Source: Nostoc punctiforme PCC 73102 (GTDB taxonomy: Bacteria; Cyanobacteriota; Cyanobacteriia; Cyanobacteriales; Nostocaceae). Taken from it: a stretch of 32,000 nucleotides of DNA. A program made the translations under genes and the position numbers. The stretch spans positions 30,001-62,000 of the forward strand of contig NC_010628.1 in NCBI RefSeq assembly GCF_000020025.1, written 5' to 3'. Under the pieces are notes generated by a model that did not search any database, was not told the origin of the DNA, and saw nothing but the letters and a program-made list of their open reading frames with translations. This document shows, piece by piece, positions 29,941 through 32,000 of the stretch. Within the stretch, counting starts at the first letter, position 1. Each line of letters begins with the position of its first letter.

Positions 29941-31617
29941 TTAAATCTCCAACAATGATGTAGAACGAACAGGGTGATATTGACTGTAATAATCGGAAGC
30001 TTGCAGTCCTTGAATTTTCAAATTTTGGACACGATACAAAAAGGCTGCACCAGTCATAATTTGATTAGCAACATCAACTACACCACGATTATTTGGTTCA
30101 GACAGATAGGAACCACGTACCCAGTCATTGAAACCGCCCATTGCCGGGCCACACCAAATTTGATAATCGACTTCTCTGCCTTTTTCACCAGAACTAGACC
30201 AGCGAGAAGATAATCCTAGATACCAACGGAAAATCAACGCCATTTTCAGTTTAGGATTATTGACTGCTTTCCCAAGTTTCTCAGGGTTCTTTTGGGATAA
30301 ATAAGCCGCAGTTCCTTCCCATACTTCAGCAATAGTTTTGCGAAAAACTTGTTTTTCTAATTTCTGCCTTTCTGCCAAAGGAATCTCTTCAATGGAATCA
30401 TAAGCGCGGTAGAGTTCAAATAGTTTTTGCGCTCGCATGGGGAACATCGTACCCCGTTTGAGAACTTGCAATTTGACTCCCATTTCAAACATATCTGCTG
30501 CTGGGGCCATAATCATATCAGCCATTTCTGCTTGGGCTAATAACTTTTTGGTATGTTCACAAGCCCCAGATTCAACACACGACTGATTAATGGAACCGGT
30601 CATTATATAAGCAGCACCCATCATAAAGGCTGCTAATGCTGATTGTGGTGTCCCAATTCCCCCTGCAACGCCGATTCTAATGGGTGTTTGATAATGATAT
30701 TGTGCTTGAATTTCATCCCGCAAGGCAATAATAGAAGGTAGCACACAAACCAGAGGACGGTTATCTGTATGACCTCCAGAATCAGCTTCTACGGTAATAT
30801 CATCAGCCATCGGAACTTTGGCTGCAAGGGTTGCTTGTAACTCAGTAATTAGCCCTTGTTCCAGGAGTTCTTTGATGATTCTGGCTGGTGCTGGTTGCAG
30901 AAATTTAGTCGCAACTTCTCGGCGAGAAATTTTGGCAATGATTTTATTTTTGATTTCAATTTGATTGGCGCTATTCAACCCCAATCCAGCAACACGGTAA
31001 TAAACAATGTTGGGAGTCAAGTCGAGAAATGCAGATGCTTCTACTGTTCTCACTTGATATTTGAGGTATAAATCTACAGCCCGGCGTTCAATCGCAGGTT
31101 CATTGGGGCTGTGAATTAAATTAAATGCGTAAGGCCCTTGAGGTAAGGCTTGTTGAATGCGATTGATGGCTGCTTCCAAACGTTCTGGAGTTAAACCACC
31201 TGCACCAAAGGAACTCAAAATTTGCTCTTTTCCTAGTGCAATGACCATTTCTTCGGAAGCAATTCCACCAGCCATTGCGCCGGTAACGTAGGCATATTTT
31301 ACTCCATAAGAGGAGAGGAAATTGGGATCTCCAAATTGTTGAATGCGGATTGGTGCTGCAAATGTTAGCAGTTCTACTTGTGCTGTTGTGCCATTATCAC
31401 CAGGGGATAAATAACCCTCATTAGTGACACCGATTTTTCCGGCAACTTTCACGATGTAGCAGGGTTTATTTAACACCATCAATTTATCTTTGATGGTTTG
31501 TTTCTCAAAAGATACAGTTTCTAAAGAACCTTTCCAAACCTGGTTTTTGTTATGCGACCAAGCGGAGAAGTTAAGACCATTATCGTGTTTACTTAGTACC
31601 GTATCTACGGTTGTCAC
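29941..31617 (-). CDS. PfaD-family enoyl reductase of polyketide / polyunsaturated-fatty-acid-type synthases (position of hglA in the hgl island)
   Basis: 558 aa with an FMN-dependent nitronate-monooxygenase-like fold: [16 protein letters not shown] and ADSGGHTD are characteristic of PfaD. Its stop is 2 nt from the hglB start, so the two are likely an operon. Confidence 0.75.
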   Translation of the reverse strand: MTTVDTVLSKHDNGLNFSAWSHNKNQVWKGSLETVSFEKQTIKDKLMVLNKPCYIVKVAGKIGVTNEGYLSPGDNGTTAQVELLTFAAPIRIQQFGDPNFLSSYGVKYAYVTGAMAGGIASEEMVIALGKEQILSSFGAGGLTPERLEAAINRIQQALPQGPYAFNLIHSPNEPAIERRAVDLYLKYQVRTVEASAFLDLTPNIVYYRVAGLGLNSANQIEIKNKIIAKISRREVATKFLQPAPARIIKELLEQGLITELQATLAAKVPMADDITVEADSGGHTDNRPLVCVLPSIIALRDEIQAQYHYQTPIRIGVAGGIGTPQSALAAFMMGAAYIMTGSINQSCVESGACEHTKKLLAQAEMADMIMAPAADMFEMGVKLQVLKRGTMFPMRAQKLFELYRAYDSIEEIPLAERQKLEKQVFRKTIAEVWEGTAAYLSQKNPEKLGKAVNNPKLKMALIFRWYLGLSSRWSSSGEKGREVDYQIWCGPAMGGFNDWVRGSYLSEPNNRGVVDVANQIMTGAAFLYRVQNLKIQGLQASDYYSQYHPVRSTSLLEI

Positions 31618-31679
31618 GGTAGTTATCCCTCGGATTATACAAACAATGGATGATTAAAGTTGAAGGGTGTAGACTCTGT

Positions 31680-31840
31680 TAACGTAGACGCTTCTCTACG
31701 AGACGCTACGCGAACGGCTTGCCGCAGGTTACCGCAGAGGCGCAGAGGGCACAGAGTAAAAGAGTAATACCAATTCTCTGGGAGATGCACGTAATAATTT
31801 TTAAACGAACCGCAAAGGACGCAAAGGGCGCGAAGGAAGA
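31680..31840. repeat. Cluster of small dispersed repeat sequences (CGTAGACG...CTACGC, ACCGCAGAGGCGCAGAGGGCACAGAG, ACCGCAAAGGACGCAAAGGGCGCGAAGG)
   Basis: 31731-31756 matches the element inside lnt (13053-13078) at 24 of 26 nt. A related CGCAAAG variant lies at about 31808-31835. Confidence 0.7.
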
Positions 31841-31891
31841 GATAAGTTAAGAATTAAGCAGTGCAAGTTGAGAGAGAATTGGTATGAAATA

Positions 31892-32000
31892 TTAAGATTC
31901 TTCGTTAAGCAAGTTTTGGGCGCAAGCTAGTTGCAATTGAATGATTTCGCTCATTTGCTGACTGTAATCTTGTCTAGCTTGTAAGAAGGCTGTGTGTGCT
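31892..32000 (-). CDS. 3' end of an upstream minus-strand gene (start outside the window); by position possibly the next hgl PKS gene
   Basis: The reverse-strand frame is open from the window edge: AHTAFLQARQDYSQQMSEIIQLQLACAQNLLNEES*, with the stop at 31892-31894. Too short to assign a family. Confidence 0.4.
   Translation of the reverse strand, partial: AHTAFLQARQDYSQQMSEIIQLQLACAQNLLNEES

Overview
Chromosomal window from a filamentous, heterocyst-forming cyanobacterium (Nostoc/Anabaena type). This is inferred from very frequent HIP1 octamers (GCGATCGC), many STRR-type heptamer arrays, and the tail of a heterocyst-glycolipid (hgl) gene island. Most of the window is housekeeping: PEP synthase 3' end, GNAT, GT39/PMT-like glycosyltransferase, a Cph1-type phytochrome with Rcp1-type regulator and a hybrid kinase, trmB, gyrA, lnt, a gap-pyk-tal sugar-catabolism cluster, DUF2891, a B12/radical-SAM enzyme and dnaN. 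I do not see a convincing multi-gene novel system such as a defence island or RiPP cluster. The items most worth a second look are: (1) five perfect cyanobacterial DnaA boxes (TTTTCCACA) within about 100 bp, roughly 1.5 kb upstream of dnaN, a likely oriC, with an unexplained 84-bp tandem array and two small uncharacterised ORFs in between; (2) the hetI / SDR / hglB(hetM) / PfaD-type enoyl reductase block, where the SDR in the hetN position has no RGSGR motif; (3) small repeat elements inserted in frame in two membrane-enzyme genes, a heptamer array in the GT39 gene and a hairpin element in lnt; (4) a signal-peptide protein made of Arg-rich 12-aa tandem repeats; (5) an AT-rich island encoding an atypical pentapeptide-repeat membrane protein. 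All homology calls come from motif recognition by eye; no searches were run.
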